Shown here: positions 21,167 through 30,641 of the stretch, one piece after another
How the letters are laid out: every line of letters begins with the position of its first letter
Numbering within the stretch: position 1 is the stretch's first letter
NCBI GenBank assembly: GCA_963765675.1
Contig: CAVXXK010000001.1
Location: forward strand, 128,001 to 192,000
Length of the DNA stretch: 64,000 nt
DNA from: an uncultured delta proteobacterium
Lineage (GTDB): Bacteria; Desulfobacterota; Binatia; Binatales; Binataceae
Direction: 5' to 3'
The notes under the pieces: model-generated
The model's database searches: none
What the model was told of the DNA's origin: nothing
The model's input: only the letters and a program-made list of their open reading frames with translations
Translations under genes and position numbers: made by a program

Positions 21167-21337
21167 CTAGAGCTGGCCGTCGACACCGGTCAACAGGCTC
21201 GAGATGTCGGTACCCATGGTCTGGTAGCCGACGAACACGACCACCGCGACTGCCGAGAGGATCAACGCATACTCAGTCATCGTCTGACCGCGCGAAGCCT
21301 CCCGAGCCTTCACGTACACTTTAGCGAGCCAGTTCAT
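21167..21337 (-). CDS. flp: Flp pilin 2 (not in ORF track)
   Basis: MNWLAKVYVKAREASRG|QTMTEYALILSAVAVVVFVGYQTMGTDISSLLTGVDGQL; AGGAG RBS. Confidence 0.9.
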   Translation of the reverse strand: MNWLAKVYVKAREASRGQTMTEYALILSAVAVVVFVGYQTMGTDISSLLTGVDGQL

Positions 21338-21405
21338 CCCGATCTCCTGGTGTTAGGTGCGGTAGCGCGGACGGCCGGAGATTTCCGGCCGCCCGCGGTT
21401 TTGCT

Positions 21406-21579
21406 TTACAGCTGGCCGTCAACGCTGGTGAGCAGTGATTTGATATCAGTGCCCATCGTTTGGTAGCCGACGAATACGACCACCGCGACTGCTGAGAGGA
21501 TCAACGCGTACTCAGTCATCGTCTGACCGCGCGAAACCTCGCGAGCCTTCACATACATCTTCGTTAAAAAGTTGCGCAT
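21406..21579 (-). CDS. flp: Flp pilin 1
   Basis: RG|QTMTEYALIL Flp motif; AGGAGG RBS before ATG at 21579. Confidence 0.92.
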   Translation of the reverse strand: MRNFLTKMYVKAREVSRGQTMTEYALILSAVAVVVFVGYQTMGTDIKSLLTSVDGQL

Positions 21580-21860
21580 ACCATGTCCTCCTGGGTCTGG
21601 TTTTTCCTGGCCGAAATTGGCCATTGTCCCCGATCGTTAAATTTGGCTCGGTACCGATTACCAAGTAGTATTAAACTTGGTAATCGTACCGGCGCCGAAA
21701 CCCCCACTCTTCCTTCCCACCCCTTCGCGCAAGCTCGCGCCACATGCGGACGCGTCTTCCTCCCCCGTAATACCGACAAGCCACCGTCACCAAATTCCCG
21801 TCCAGGCATACCGAACTGGGCGGGAGCGTGTTTTAGCGACCTAATCGCGTCATCGGATGG

Positions 21861-21876
21861 AGCATCTCTTGTGCCA
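21861..21876 (-). promoter_or_regulatory. Sigma54 promoter for the flp pilins
   Basis: Minus strand TGGCAC-AAGAG-ATGCT (GG-N10-GC). Confidence 0.75.
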
Positions 21877-22192
21877 GAACCAAGGCCTCGCGAATTGTAG
21901 GGTTTCCGTACCTGAAGTACGGCCAATGCAGGCGGCCGTGCAACTTTTGGTTGCTGGAACGCAACATAATGTAGGAAAAACCCCGTTGGAGGTGGGAAAA
22001 GCGTGCTAAGGCTAGTGATGCAGCTTCACAGCACTACGATGAGTAGCATTAATGCTACGGAATGTAGGAAAATGACGGTCGGCTTAAATGATAAGACGCT
22101 GCTAATCGTGATGTAACGCGCCTCGCGATGTAATTCCGCCAAGGGCGTTTTTTGGCAACGCTGATGGAAGTCGAGGATGTCCCGGAAGGCCG

Positions 22193-22224
22193 AAAAAAGC
22201 CGCGCGGGATGCCCGGCGCGGCTC
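22193..22224 (-). terminator. Rho-independent terminator
   Basis: GC-rich hairpin AGCCGCGC...GCGCGGCT followed by a T-run on the minus strand. Confidence 0.7.
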
Positions 22225-22251
22225 TGAATCGAACGACTGTCAGGATGCCCG

Positions 22252-23010
22252 CTAAGCCGCGACTTTGGTCGTCCCCTGCATCGCGGGTAGTTCTGGATTG
22301 CAGATATAGCGGATATGCGGGAGCGTCATGTCGGCGGTCGCGAAACAGGCCATGATCGGATTCATTAGGCGCAGGCTTGAGGCAGTGGCGCCAAAGGCGG
22401 CCGGATCGATCGTGACCACGCGTGGCTTGCCGCGCTCGGCCTTTGAGAAAGTATATTCGGGATCGACCTGGACCAGCACCAGCTTGCCGTCGTCGCTGTT
22501 ACGCGCCAGATGCATCGAGGCGATGTACTGGATGTCGGCGCCGGATATGGCGTCGCGATCCAACAACTCGACCTCGAGAGCGGTCTTGCCGCCGACCACG
22601 ATCTTGCCGACGATTCGATCGTGGCGCAGCGCGATACTGACCGTCCCCGGCGCAACCGGGTAGCCCCATCTGGCCGCCAACTCCTTGCGCGCAGCGTCGT
22701 TATCGCAGTAGCTGCGCAGAACGAAGCCGCGCGGGCGCACGCCGGTGCGTCCGGCGACTCGAACCTCTCCAATCGTAAACGGGCCCCACGGACTCGCGGG
22801 CGCATGCATCAGGTTCAGGATCGCGTACGCAGGAATCGCGGGATGCATCGTATGCGGGATCAGCGCGTCGGCGGGATCGTCGTCGATCTCGTTGTGAAGC
22901 TCGAGAATCTGCACGCCCTTGAGCACGAGCTGATCGGTCTTGTAGCCATTGATCGCGGAAGCGAACTTGGCGAACGAATTCAAATCCAGGTTTCCCAAAC
23001 GCGGCGGCAT
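22252..23010 (-). CDS. Acetoacetate decarboxylase-like superfamily protein
   Basis: ALIPHTMHP, SPWGPFTIGE and ELAARWGYP motifs; ATG overlaps the upstream stop (TGATG). Confidence 0.7.
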   Translation of the reverse strand: MPPRLGNLDLNSFAKFASAINGYKTDQLVLKGVQILELHNEIDDDPADALIPHTMHPAIPAYAILNLMHAPASPWGPFTIGEVRVAGRTGVRPRGFVLRSYCDNDAARKELAARWGYPVAPGTVSIALRHDRIVGKIVVGGKTALEVELLDRDAISGADIQYIASMHLARNSDDGKLVLVQVDPEYTFSKAERGKPRVVTIDPAAFGATASSLRLMNPIMACFATADMTLPHIRYICNPELPAMQGTTKVAA

Positions 23011-24122
23011 CAGCGGCCTCCTGCGGCAGCGGCGGCGGCGTCGCCCTTGGTCTGAAACTGCGGCATCACTTCTTTGGCGAAGAGGCGCAAGCTCGCGAGG
23101 ACTTTTTCCTGCGGGATAGTCTCGAGCGCGTTCAGCAGGAAGTTGACGCGATCGACGCCGCACGCTTCCCATTTCTTGAGCTCGCGAGTGATTCGCGCGG
23201 GATTGCCGATCGCGATTCCTTCGGGCGCGCCGGATTCGTCGCCGGGTCCCGCCACGTCGCGCCTGAGCGACGGCAGCAGTCCGAGCGAAGGATACGACTT
23301 GGTCGGATAGGCCTCGCGCGCGGCCAGCAACTGCGCGGCAAGGTAGTTGAACGATCCCGTCATCCGCTTGCCGATCTTCACGCCCTCGGCATCGTCCTCG
23401 TGACAATAGAGGAAATTGACGGTCGACACCGCCTCGTTGACGAATGAACCGACCGGCGTGCAGTTCTTGATGATCTTGCGATAGCGCTTGACCTTTTCGT
23501 CCTGCTCGGCGAATCCGCCGAAGGTCAGACCAAGGCTGCCCATCCCGCGCTCGGCGGCGTCGATTTCAGTACCCGGACTGGTGACGGCGACCCACATCGG
23601 CGGATGCGGCTTCTGGAACGGTTTGGGCACGATGGTCCGCTGCGGCATCGACCACGAGCGGCCCTCGTACGAATAGCGTTCCTGGGTCCACATCTTGGGC
23701 AGGCAGTGGACGAACTCGTCCCAGGTCTTTTTGGTCTCGTCGGGATTGGCGCGGAAACCGCCCAACTCGGTCCAGGTGGCGGAACGTCCGGTGCCGACCT
23801 CGAGGCGTCCGCCGGAAAGGATATCGAGCACAGCGGTGCGCTCGGCAATTTTGATCGGATGATTGAACTCGGGCACGCAGACGACGATTCCGTGGCCGAC
23901 CCGGATTCGCTTGGTAATCATCGCGCACGCGGTCAGAAACAACTCCGGCGCGGGACAATGCGAATACTCTTCGAGGAAGTGATGCTCGACGGCCCAGACA
24001 TTATCGAAGCCGAGTTCGTCGGCGAGCTTCACCTGTTCCAGACAGCGATCATAGACGGTTTTTTCCGTGTCAGGACCCCATGGACGCGGCACGGAAATTT
24101 CATAGAAGAGACCGAATTTCAT
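23010..24122 (-). CDS. LLM-class flavin-dependent oxidoreductase (luciferase-like)
   Basis: MKFGLFYE, ADELGFDNVWAVEHHF, HPIKIAERTAVLDILSGGRLEVGTGR, PKPFQKPHPP. Confidence 0.92.
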   Translation of the reverse strand: MKFGLFYEISVPRPWGPDTEKTVYDRCLEQVKLADELGFDNVWAVEHHFLEEYSHCPAPELFLTACAMITKRIRVGHGIVVCVPEFNHPIKIAERTAVLDILSGGRLEVGTGRSATWTELGGFRANPDETKKTWDEFVHCLPKMWTQERYSYEGRSWSMPQRTIVPKPFQKPHPPMWVAVTSPGTEIDAAERGMGSLGLTFGGFAEQDEKVKRYRKIIKNCTPVGSFVNEAVSTVNFLYCHEDDAEGVKIGKRMTGSFNYLAAQLLAAREAYPTKSYPSLGLLPSLRRDVAGPGDESGAPEGIAIGNPARITRELKKWEACGVDRVNFLLNALETIPQEKVLASLRLFAKEVMPQFQTKGDAAAAAAGGR

Positions 24123-24211
24123 GGATTCACCTCCGGCGGATGGCGCTCCATCCATACCGACCGTTTAGCGCAATCCTGCGCCAAGCGGAAGTCCTGCGCG
24201 CAACAGGACAG

Positions 24212-24607
24212 TCAGCGGTTCGCGAGCGTATCAACCGCGCCGGCGGTGATCAGATTCCGGTCAGCGGTTACGAGCGTGAGCTCGTAGGCGCGCGCCGTCG
24301 CGACAAGCAGTCGATCGATCGGGTCGCCATGCGGAAGGATAAACCGCGCCGCTTCGAGCGCGACCTGGTTGGTTAGAGTAGCTTCGTGAAAACCGGCGAT
24401 CCCGATACTCTCGGAGACCCAAACACCAAATTCCTTCTCGATCGCAATTCTGCGCTTCGCGACCAGATTGTAGAACTCGAGAATGCTCAGAGGTGAGAGC
24501 CATTTTTCATTGGCGGAGTCCGCGAGGACGCGAGTCAGATTCGCCGAGAGCCGCTCGGTTTCGAACATGCCCCAGAGCCAAATGTGCGTGTCGAGCAGGA
24601 GCCTCAA
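24212..24607 (-). CDS. vapC: VapC PIN-domain toxin
   Basis: LLLDTHIWLW, HGDPIDRLLVATA, LVTAD. Confidence 0.9.
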   Translation of the reverse strand: MRLLLDTHIWLWGMFETERLSANLTRVLADSANEKWLSPLSILEFYNLVAKRRIAIEKEFGVWVSESIGIAGFHEATLTNQVALEAARFILPHGDPIDRLLVATARAYELTLVTADRNLITAGAVDTLANR

Positions 24608-24873
24608 TCGTCTTTGAACGCGTAGGGATATTTGAACGCGTCGTAGTCTTCGATGGGAACGACGGGCTCAATTATGTCGCCGATGATGCGCGCGGTACCT
24701 GCCATCGAGCCAAGCCATTGTCTGGCAGCGGGTTTCTCCTCGAGCGGAGAAATTTGAGCGACGGGTTTTCCGAATTTCGTGATCACAACTGGCTTTCCTG
24801 TTCGGTGGACGCGATCGATAATCTTCAGGCAGGTCGCCTTAAACTTCGACACCGATATCGATTGCGTTGCCAT
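24604..24873 (-). CDS. Phd/YefM family antitoxin
   Basis: ISVSKFKATCLKIIDRV...VVITKFGKPVA; overlaps the toxin start. Confidence 0.9.
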   Translation of the reverse strand: MATQSISVSKFKATCLKIIDRVHRTGKPVVITKFGKPVAQISPLEEKPAARQWLGSMAGTARIIGDIIEPVVPIEDYDAFKYPYAFKDD

Positions 24874-24882
24874 GCGCTCATT

Positions 24883-24907
24883 TGACCATAGTCGATGACC
24901 ATGGTCA
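24883..24907. promoter_or_regulatory. Tandem palindromic TA operator
   Basis: TGACCATAGTCG followed by perfect palindrome TGACCATGGTCA, just upstream of the antitoxin ATG. Confidence 0.65.
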
Positions 24908-24921
24908 AAACGTCCGCGATC

Positions 24922-26160
24922 TCAACGCGTATGCAGGTCGACGCCCATACGTTCGCGGCCCAGCAGAATCACGACCGCCGCCGTTAGCATCACGATCGCG
25001 GCGACGCCGGCGAGCGCGGTTTGATAGCCGAAGGTCTGGGCGATCAGCGCTTCGCCGAACGCGGCGTAGGACGCGAACAGCACGCCGAGCTGATACGCAA
25101 CGCCGGAGAATAGCCCGCGCGCTTCCGGCGGCGACATCTCCGCCAGATGCGCCGGCACAACGCCCCACGCGCCCTGCACCATGAACTGCATCAGGAATGC
25201 GCCGAACGCGAGCCAGATGAGCGATTGCGGGTAGATCCAAAGCGGAATCACCAGGCCCGCCATGATCACCGACGCCGCCATCGTGTAGCGCCGTCCGATC
25301 CGGTCCGACCAGTAGCCGAAGAACAGGCCGCCCAGAATCGCGCCCACGTTGTACACCACCGCAATCGTCGCGACGGTACGCGCGTCGAGTCCGCGCGCCT
25401 TTTGCAAGAAGGTCGGATACAGGTCCTGGGTTCCGTGCGATACAAAATTCATCGCCGTCATCAGCACGATCAGATAGATGAACGGCTTCAGGTCGCGGCG
25501 AATCGCGCCTGCGATCGCGTGACGATCCGGGCGGGTGCGTTCCCACGATTCCGACTCGGGCACTTTGCTGCGGATGTAGATCGTCAGCAGCGCCGGCAAT
25601 CCACCGACGAAAAACATCGCGCGCCATCCGAAGTACGGAAACACGAAAAAGAACGCACCCGCCGCCAGCAGGTATCCGACCGCGTAACCTTCCTGAAGCA
25701 GACCCGAGAAGAATCCGCGCTGGCGGTTCCCGACCGCTTCCATCGCAAGCGACGCGCCCACACCCCACTCGCCACCCATCCCGATTCCATACAGCGCGCG
25801 CAGGATCAGGAACACGGTGTAGTTGGGCGCGAAGCCGCTGGCGACTTCGATGATCGAGTAGAAAACGATATCGATCATTAGAGGAACGCGGCGTCCGTAG
25901 CGATCCGCGATCCATCCGAACAACACCGCGCCAACCGGACGCATCGCAAGCGTCGCGGTGATCGTGAAGGCAACGTCGGCGACCGAGCGATGGAATTCCT
26001 TTGCGATCGTCGGCAGGACAAAGACCAGGATGAAGAAATCGAACGCGTCGAGCGTCCATCCGAGGAAGCTCGCGACGAGCGTATGCGCCGCTTCGCTGCG
26101 CGTGAGCGCGCGCGGCTCGGCCGCGGGAGTTCTCGCACCGTCCGGATTCATCGCGTGCAA
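24922..26160 (-). CDS. MFS transporter, SHS (carboxylate/sialate:H+ symporter) family
   Basis: GWTLDAFDFF, ADRYGRR, GMGGEWG, SHGTQDLYPTFL. Confidence 0.9.
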   Translation of the reverse strand: MHAMNPDGARTPAAEPRALTRSEAAHTLVASFLGWTLDAFDFFILVFVLPTIAKEFHRSVADVAFTITATLAMRPVGAVLFGWIADRYGRRVPLMIDIVFYSIIEVASGFAPNYTVFLILRALYGIGMGGEWGVGASLAMEAVGNRQRGFFSGLLQEGYAVGYLLAAGAFFFVFPYFGWRAMFFVGGLPALLTIYIRSKVPESESWERTRPDRHAIAGAIRRDLKPFIYLIVLMTAMNFVSHGTQDLYPTFLQKARGLDARTVATIAVVYNVGAILGGLFFGYWSDRIGRRYTMAASVIMAGLVIPLWIYPQSLIWLAFGAFLMQFMVQGAWGVVPAHLAEMSPPEARGLFSGVAYQLGVLFASYAAFGEALIAQTFGYQTALAGVAAIVMLTAAVVILLGRERMGVDLHTR

Positions 26161-26195
26161 TCTTTATTGGAACGCACGCGCGAAAAACAGCCGCG

Positions 26196-26657
26196 TCACT
26201 TGCCTGGTATCACCAGCGCCGCGCCGTGCGGAACGATCAGGAACGCGAGAATGCTCGCCGGCTCGGTCTTGCTGGCGTTGCGCGAAACCTTGTGGAACGC
26301 CTTGGGCTCCTCGTACCACATCTGGCCTTTTTCGTACTTGACGATCGGACCGGGCGCGACCTGGCTCTCGATCGCTCCGTCGAGCACATAGACGAATGCC
26401 GACCCCGGATGATGATGCGGCGACGACGCGGCTCCCGGCGCGTAATCGACCCGCACGACGATACCGTTGGAACCGGGAAGCTCTTCGATTGGATAGTCAT
26501 AGACCTTGGTCACGGTCACGCCGGCGTCGGATTTGCCGGAAGCGTTTTTATCCGCGGCGCGCACTGCCGGCGAATCCGCAAGCGCGCCCAGCAATCCCAC
26601 AGCGAACAACGCTGAGCCGATGCCCGCTGATTTCATCATCTCGCGTCGAGTGATCAT
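26196..26657 (-). CDS. Cupin domain protein with probable Tat signal
   Basis: TRREMMK twin-arginine leader; HHHPG...YVLDG...WYEEPKAFH cupin motif. Confidence 0.8.
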   Translation of the reverse strand: MITRREMMKSAGIGSALFAVGLLGALADSPAVRAADKNASGKSDAGVTVTKVYDYPIEELPGSNGIVVRVDYAPGAASSPHHHPGSAFVYVLDGAIESQVAPGPIVKYEKGQMWYEEPKAFHKVSRNASKTEPASILAFLIVPHGAALVIPGK

Positions 26658-26768
26658 CGTAATGTGCAATCTCCTTTTCCGTTTTGCGAGACGGTTCAAA
26701 TAAAATTACTCGCGCCGCGCATCGGGCAAGGAATATATTAGAACATTGTCTGGAAGTCGCGAGGCCTC

Positions 26769-27665
26769 ATGCAGGAAAATCAGCAAGCATTGTCGCGGGA
26801 TCGAGAGGGCTTTATCGCCGTGACCGGCGGCCGCGTATGGTACCGGATCACCGGCGAGGGCTCGGGAATCCCGCTCCTGCTGATGCATGGTGGCCCCGGA
26901 GTTCCGCACGACTACCTCGAGCCGCTCGAGGCGCTTGGCGACGAACGACCGGTCGTGTTCTACGATCAGCTCGGATGCGGCCGCTCGGACCAGCCCGACG
27001 ACCCGAGCCTGTGGCGCCTGGAGCGGTTCGTCGCCGAGGCGGCGCAGGTGCGCGCGGCGCTGGGGCTGCGCCGCGTGCATATTCTCGGACAATCCTGGGG
27101 AACGATTCTCGCCGCCGAATATCTTCTCGGCAGACCGGCGGGAGTGGCAAGCGTCGTCATGGCGAATCCGTGCCTGTCGGTCCCGCGCTACCTTGAAGAC
27201 ATGAAGCGGCTATGCGCCGACTTGCCGCTCGGGGCGCGCGAGGCGATCGCTCACGCCGATGTGCACGGCGGCGAGGATACGCCTGAGTATCAGATAGCGA
27301 CGTTCGCGTTTTACCGGCGCCACGTGTGCAGGCTCCAGACCTGGCCCGACGCTCTGAATCGCTCTGTCGCGGGGACCGGAGCGCAGCCTTACCAGACGAT
27401 GTGGGGAGCGAACGAGTTCACCTGCACCGGTAATCTGCGCGAATACAACAGCACCGCGGGGCTGAACAAAATCGAGATTCCAGCATTGTTCCTGGCCGGA
27501 CGTTTCGACGAAACCACTCCCGAAGCGACCGCGTGGTACCAAAGCCTGGTGCCAAACTCCGAGCTTGCGATCTTCGAGCACAGCTCGCACATGCCTCAGC
27601 TCGAAGAGCCCGCCCGTTACCTCTCGGTAGTGCGCGACTTCCTCCGCCGCGCCGACGCTCGCTAG
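26769..27665 (+). CDS. Proline iminopeptidase-family alpha/beta hydrolase
   Basis: HGGPG, YDQLGCGRS, GQSWG nucleophile elbow, SSHMP. Confidence 0.9.
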   Translation: MQENQQALSRDREGFIAVTGGRVWYRITGEGSGIPLLLMHGGPGVPHDYLEPLEALGDERPVVFYDQLGCGRSDQPDDPSLWRLERFVAEAAQVRAALGLRRVHILGQSWGTILAAEYLLGRPAGVASVVMANPCLSVPRYLEDMKRLCADLPLGAREAIAHADVHGGEDTPEYQIATFAFYRRHVCRLQTWPDALNRSVAGTGAQPYQTMWGANEFTCTGNLREYNSTAGLNKIEIPALFLAGRFDETTPEATAWYQSLVPNSELAIFEHSSHMPQLEEPARYLSVVRDFLRRADAR

Positions 27666-27723
27666 AAGCGCACTGGTCCGCGGCTTTCGATGCTGATAGC
27701 GTTCAGTACGGGAATCCCGTATA

Positions 27724-28011
27724 ATGGCTGAAGCACTGCGGTTCGAATGGGACGAGGTCAAGAGCGAGCGAAACCTGCGCGACCGCGGATTTGGATTTGA
27801 CTATGCTGCGCAGATCTTCGCCGGAGACGTGATCGAGGAAGAAGATCGCCGCAGAGACTACGGTGAACCCCGAACCATAGCCACGGGCGAATTCGGCGGC
27901 AATATATTCGTGGTCGTATATACCTGGCGCGCTGGTCGGCGACGCATTATTTCTGCACGCCGCGCAAATCGGAGAGAACGTGATGCCTACCGTACGTCGA
28001 TCCCTGAATGA
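27724..28011 (+). CDS. BrnT family toxin
   Basis: FEWDEVKSERN..RG, DYGEPR, RRIISARRANRRE. Confidence 0.9.
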   Translation: MAEALRFEWDEVKSERNLRDRGFGFDYAAQIFAGDVIEEEDRRRDYGEPRTIATGEFGGNIFVVVYTWRAGRRRIISARRANRRERDAYRTSIPE

Positions 28012-28351
28012 GATTCTGAAGTCAAAACCGCGAGCGGATCTCGCGAAAATCCGTGCAACCACCGATAAAGACATCGCACGGATGACCGCGGAGGATCCGG
28101 ACACCGCGCCGGACATGTCCAAAGACCGCGACTGGCGTAAAGTAAGAGTTCCTCGTCTGCCCGATGTCCGCGCTATTCGGCGCAAACTCGGCATCTCGCA
28201 GGGACAGTTTGCGAAACGATTCGGCTTTAGCGTTCGCACCGTCCAGGAATGGGAGCAGGGCCGTGCGATCCCGGATCGTCCAGCGCGGATTTTGCTTCGT
28301 GTGATCGAGCAATCGCCCAAGGCGGTCGAGCGCGCCGTCGCGGCGTCGTGA
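27980..28351 (+). CDS. Xre/HTH antitoxin
   Basis: DVRAIRRKLGISQGQFAKRFG..RTVQEWEQGR HTH; overlaps the toxin end. Confidence 0.85.
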   Translation: MMPTVRRSLNEILKSKPRADLAKIRATTDKDIARMTAEDPDTAPDMSKDRDWRKVRVPRLPDVRAIRRKLGISQGQFAKRFGFSVRTVQEWEQGRAIPDRPARILLRVIEQSPKAVERAVAAS

Positions 28352-28433
28352 TCCGCGCGGCTTGAGTTTCACTGCCCGCCTGCGCGATATATCGAATCGC
28401 GCGATTCCGATTCTCTCGCGGGAGTCATAAGCC

Positions 28434-29561
28434 ATGTACAACGGAAGCAAAGTTATCGACGCCGATGGCCACGTGATGGAGCCCAACGAGCTCTACGATC
28501 AGTATATCGATCCGAAGTTCCGCGCCGACCTGGACGAGCTCAAGAAAGTCGCGGAGACCCGCACCTCGAAATTCTTCTTCGGCTTCTTTCATCAGCTCGA
28601 TACCGGCCGCCCGCTCGGCGTGGCGCAAATCGATAAGCCGCTGGTGCGCTCGGGACGCAAACCCTCGGGCGAGATTCCCGACATGCGCGGCGGCCACGAC
28701 CCGCACATCCGGATCAAGGACATGGAGCGCGAGGGAATTGATGTCGCCGTGATCTTCGCAACGGTGGTGTCGAGTTTTTGCGCGCTCAAGTCGGTGGATT
28801 TCGAGATCGCGATGATCCGCGCGTACCATCGATGGCTCGCCGATTACTGCTCCGCGTATCCCGCGCGGCTGACCGGCGTCGCGATCGTGCCGATGCGCGA
28901 TCCCGAGCGCGCCGCCGAGGAGATCCGCCGCGTCGCCAAAGAGCCGTGGTGCGTCGGCATCTACCTGTCCGCGCATATGGAAGACAAGCTGCTCGACCAT
29001 CCTGCATTTCATCCGATCTGGCGGGCCTGTGAAGAGACCGACCTGCCGGCCTGCTTCCACGGCGGCACCGCACGGCCGCCCTATGGCCTCGGCACTTTCG
29101 AGATGGGCAACAATCTTTTCATTCAGCACTCAGCGACCAATCCATTCGAGGTGATGCGCGGGATCGCGGCGTTCGTCGGCGGCGGCGTGCTCGATCTGTT
29201 TCCGAAGCTCCGCTGCGCGTTTCTTGAGGCGGGCGTCGGATGGCTGCCGTTCTGGATGGAGCGGCTGGACGAGCATTACGAGCTGATGCCCGAGTACGTG
29301 CCGAACCTGAAGCGCAAGCCGTCGGAGGTTATCCGCTCGGAGAATTTTTTCATCTCCTGCGATCCCGACGAGGAGACGCTCCCGTATGTCGTCGAGCACG
29401 TCGGCGCGGATAGGATTCTGTACGCGTCGGACTATCCGCACTTCGACGGCCGCTTTCCCGACACGGTAAAGTTCACGGCGGGCCGCAAAGAATTCTCGCC
29501 GGACGTGCGCCGCAAGATCCTGCACGAAAATCCGGCGCGGTTGTACACGCGCCTGGCGTAG
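28434..29561 (+). CDS. Amidohydrolase family protein (Amidohydro_2)
   Basis: IDADGHVME, LEAGVGW, ASDYPHFD. Confidence 0.9.
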   Translation: MYNGSKVIDADGHVMEPNELYDQYIDPKFRADLDELKKVAETRTSKFFFGFFHQLDTGRPLGVAQIDKPLVRSGRKPSGEIPDMRGGHDPHIRIKDMEREGIDVAVIFATVVSSFCALKSVDFEIAMIRAYHRWLADYCSAYPARLTGVAIVPMRDPERAAEEIRRVAKEPWCVGIYLSAHMEDKLLDHPAFHPIWRACEETDLPACFHGGTARPPYGLGTFEMGNNLFIQHSATNPFEVMRGIAAFVGGGVLDLFPKLRCAFLEAGVGWLPFWMERLDEHYELMPEYVPNLKRKPSEVIRSENFFISCDPDEETLPYVVEHVGADRILYASDYPHFDGRFPDTVKFTAGRKEFSPDVRRKILHENPARLYTRLA

Positions 29562-29603
29562 CAGCTGTTCCGAGTGTTGCGCGTCTGATTCGCTTAGCGT
29601 GCG

Positions 29604-29690
29604 GCAGCGCAGCACCCTCACCCACGCGTCACGGCGATTGCAAAAAGAAGCAATCGCCGCGCCGCGTCGCCCTCTCCCGGAGGGAGAGGG
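29604..29690 (-). repeat. BoxC-like structured repeat, copy C
   Basis: Reverse complement of copies A/B: AGCACCCTCACCCACGCG...CCCTCTCCCGGAGGGAGAGGG. Confidence 0.85.
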
Positions 29691-29893
29691 GATGGGGCAT
29701 CCGCTGGCGGCGACGACACTGGTGGGCCAGACGACCGCCCCACTATCTCCTGCTAACGCCCGAAGCGGTGGTTCACCTTGACTGCAAAAGCTTGCGGCCC
29801 TTATAGTTGCGGTGCGAGTTCGATGCGTGCCGTGGCCGGTGCGCGAGCTTCAGAAACCTCAATCCTGACACGGGAATTTGTGCTGGTTGTAAA

Positions 29894-30607
29894 ATGAAAC
29901 GACGCGAGGAAATGACCTTTTCGGAGCGGATCTATCTGCCCGAAATCCTGCGGGGTCTCGCGATTACCAATTTCCATTTCATGCGCAATTTCGCGCTCAA
30001 CTTCGCGCACCTGTTCGGCCTGGCAAAATCGCGCCGCGCCTCGGCCACGGTCCAGTATCCGGAAGAGCGCAAACGGTACTCCGACAACTTTCGCGGCAGC
30101 CATCGCCTGACGATCCGCGAGGACAACTCCGTGCGATGCACCGCGTGCTTCCTGTGCGCGACCGCATGCCCCGCTCAATGCATCTATATCGAGGCGGGCG
30201 AGGCCGCCGATCCGCATGTCGAGAAGTTCCCAGTGCGCTACGAAATCGACACACTCCGATGCATCTACTGCGGGCTGTGCGTCGAGGCGTGTCCGTGCGA
30301 TGCGATCCGGATGGATACCTACGTGCATCCGCGCATCTGGGGTTTCGACCGCAAGGATTTCGTCGAGACCAAGGAGATGCTGATGCATCGCTCGCGCGTG
30401 ATCGCCAAAGACGGACGCGACGGCAATATGAACGAGATGCTGGCGTGGTACCGCGAGCAGGATGCGCAGGTTTTCGATCCGCTGCGGCCGGAGCTGCGCA
30501 AGTACACCGAGCGCGGGCTGCCGGAAGATCAAAAAGATTACGAAGAACCTGCGGAGCAGGTAAATCTGCCGGTGATCGATCGGCATAACGTCCACGGCCG
30601 CGAATAG
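29894..30607 (+). CDS. nuoI: NADH-quinone oxidoreductase subunit I (stand-alone)
   Basis: TVQYPEE, FRGSHRL, CTACFLCATACP and CIYCGLCVEACP; exact start uncertain. Confidence 0.85.
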   Translation: MKRREEMTFSERIYLPEILRGLAITNFHFMRNFALNFAHLFGLAKSRRASATVQYPEERKRYSDNFRGSHRLTIREDNSVRCTACFLCATACPAQCIYIEAGEAADPHVEKFPVRYEIDTLRCIYCGLCVEACPCDAIRMDTYVHPRIWGFDRKDFVETKEMLMHRSRVIAKDGRDGNMNEMLAWYREQDAQVFDPLRPELRKYTERGLPEDQKDYEEPAEQVNLPVIDRHNVHGRE

Positions 30608-30641
30608 CCCCGCAATCGGCGGCCAGCGTTAAGTAAGACAG

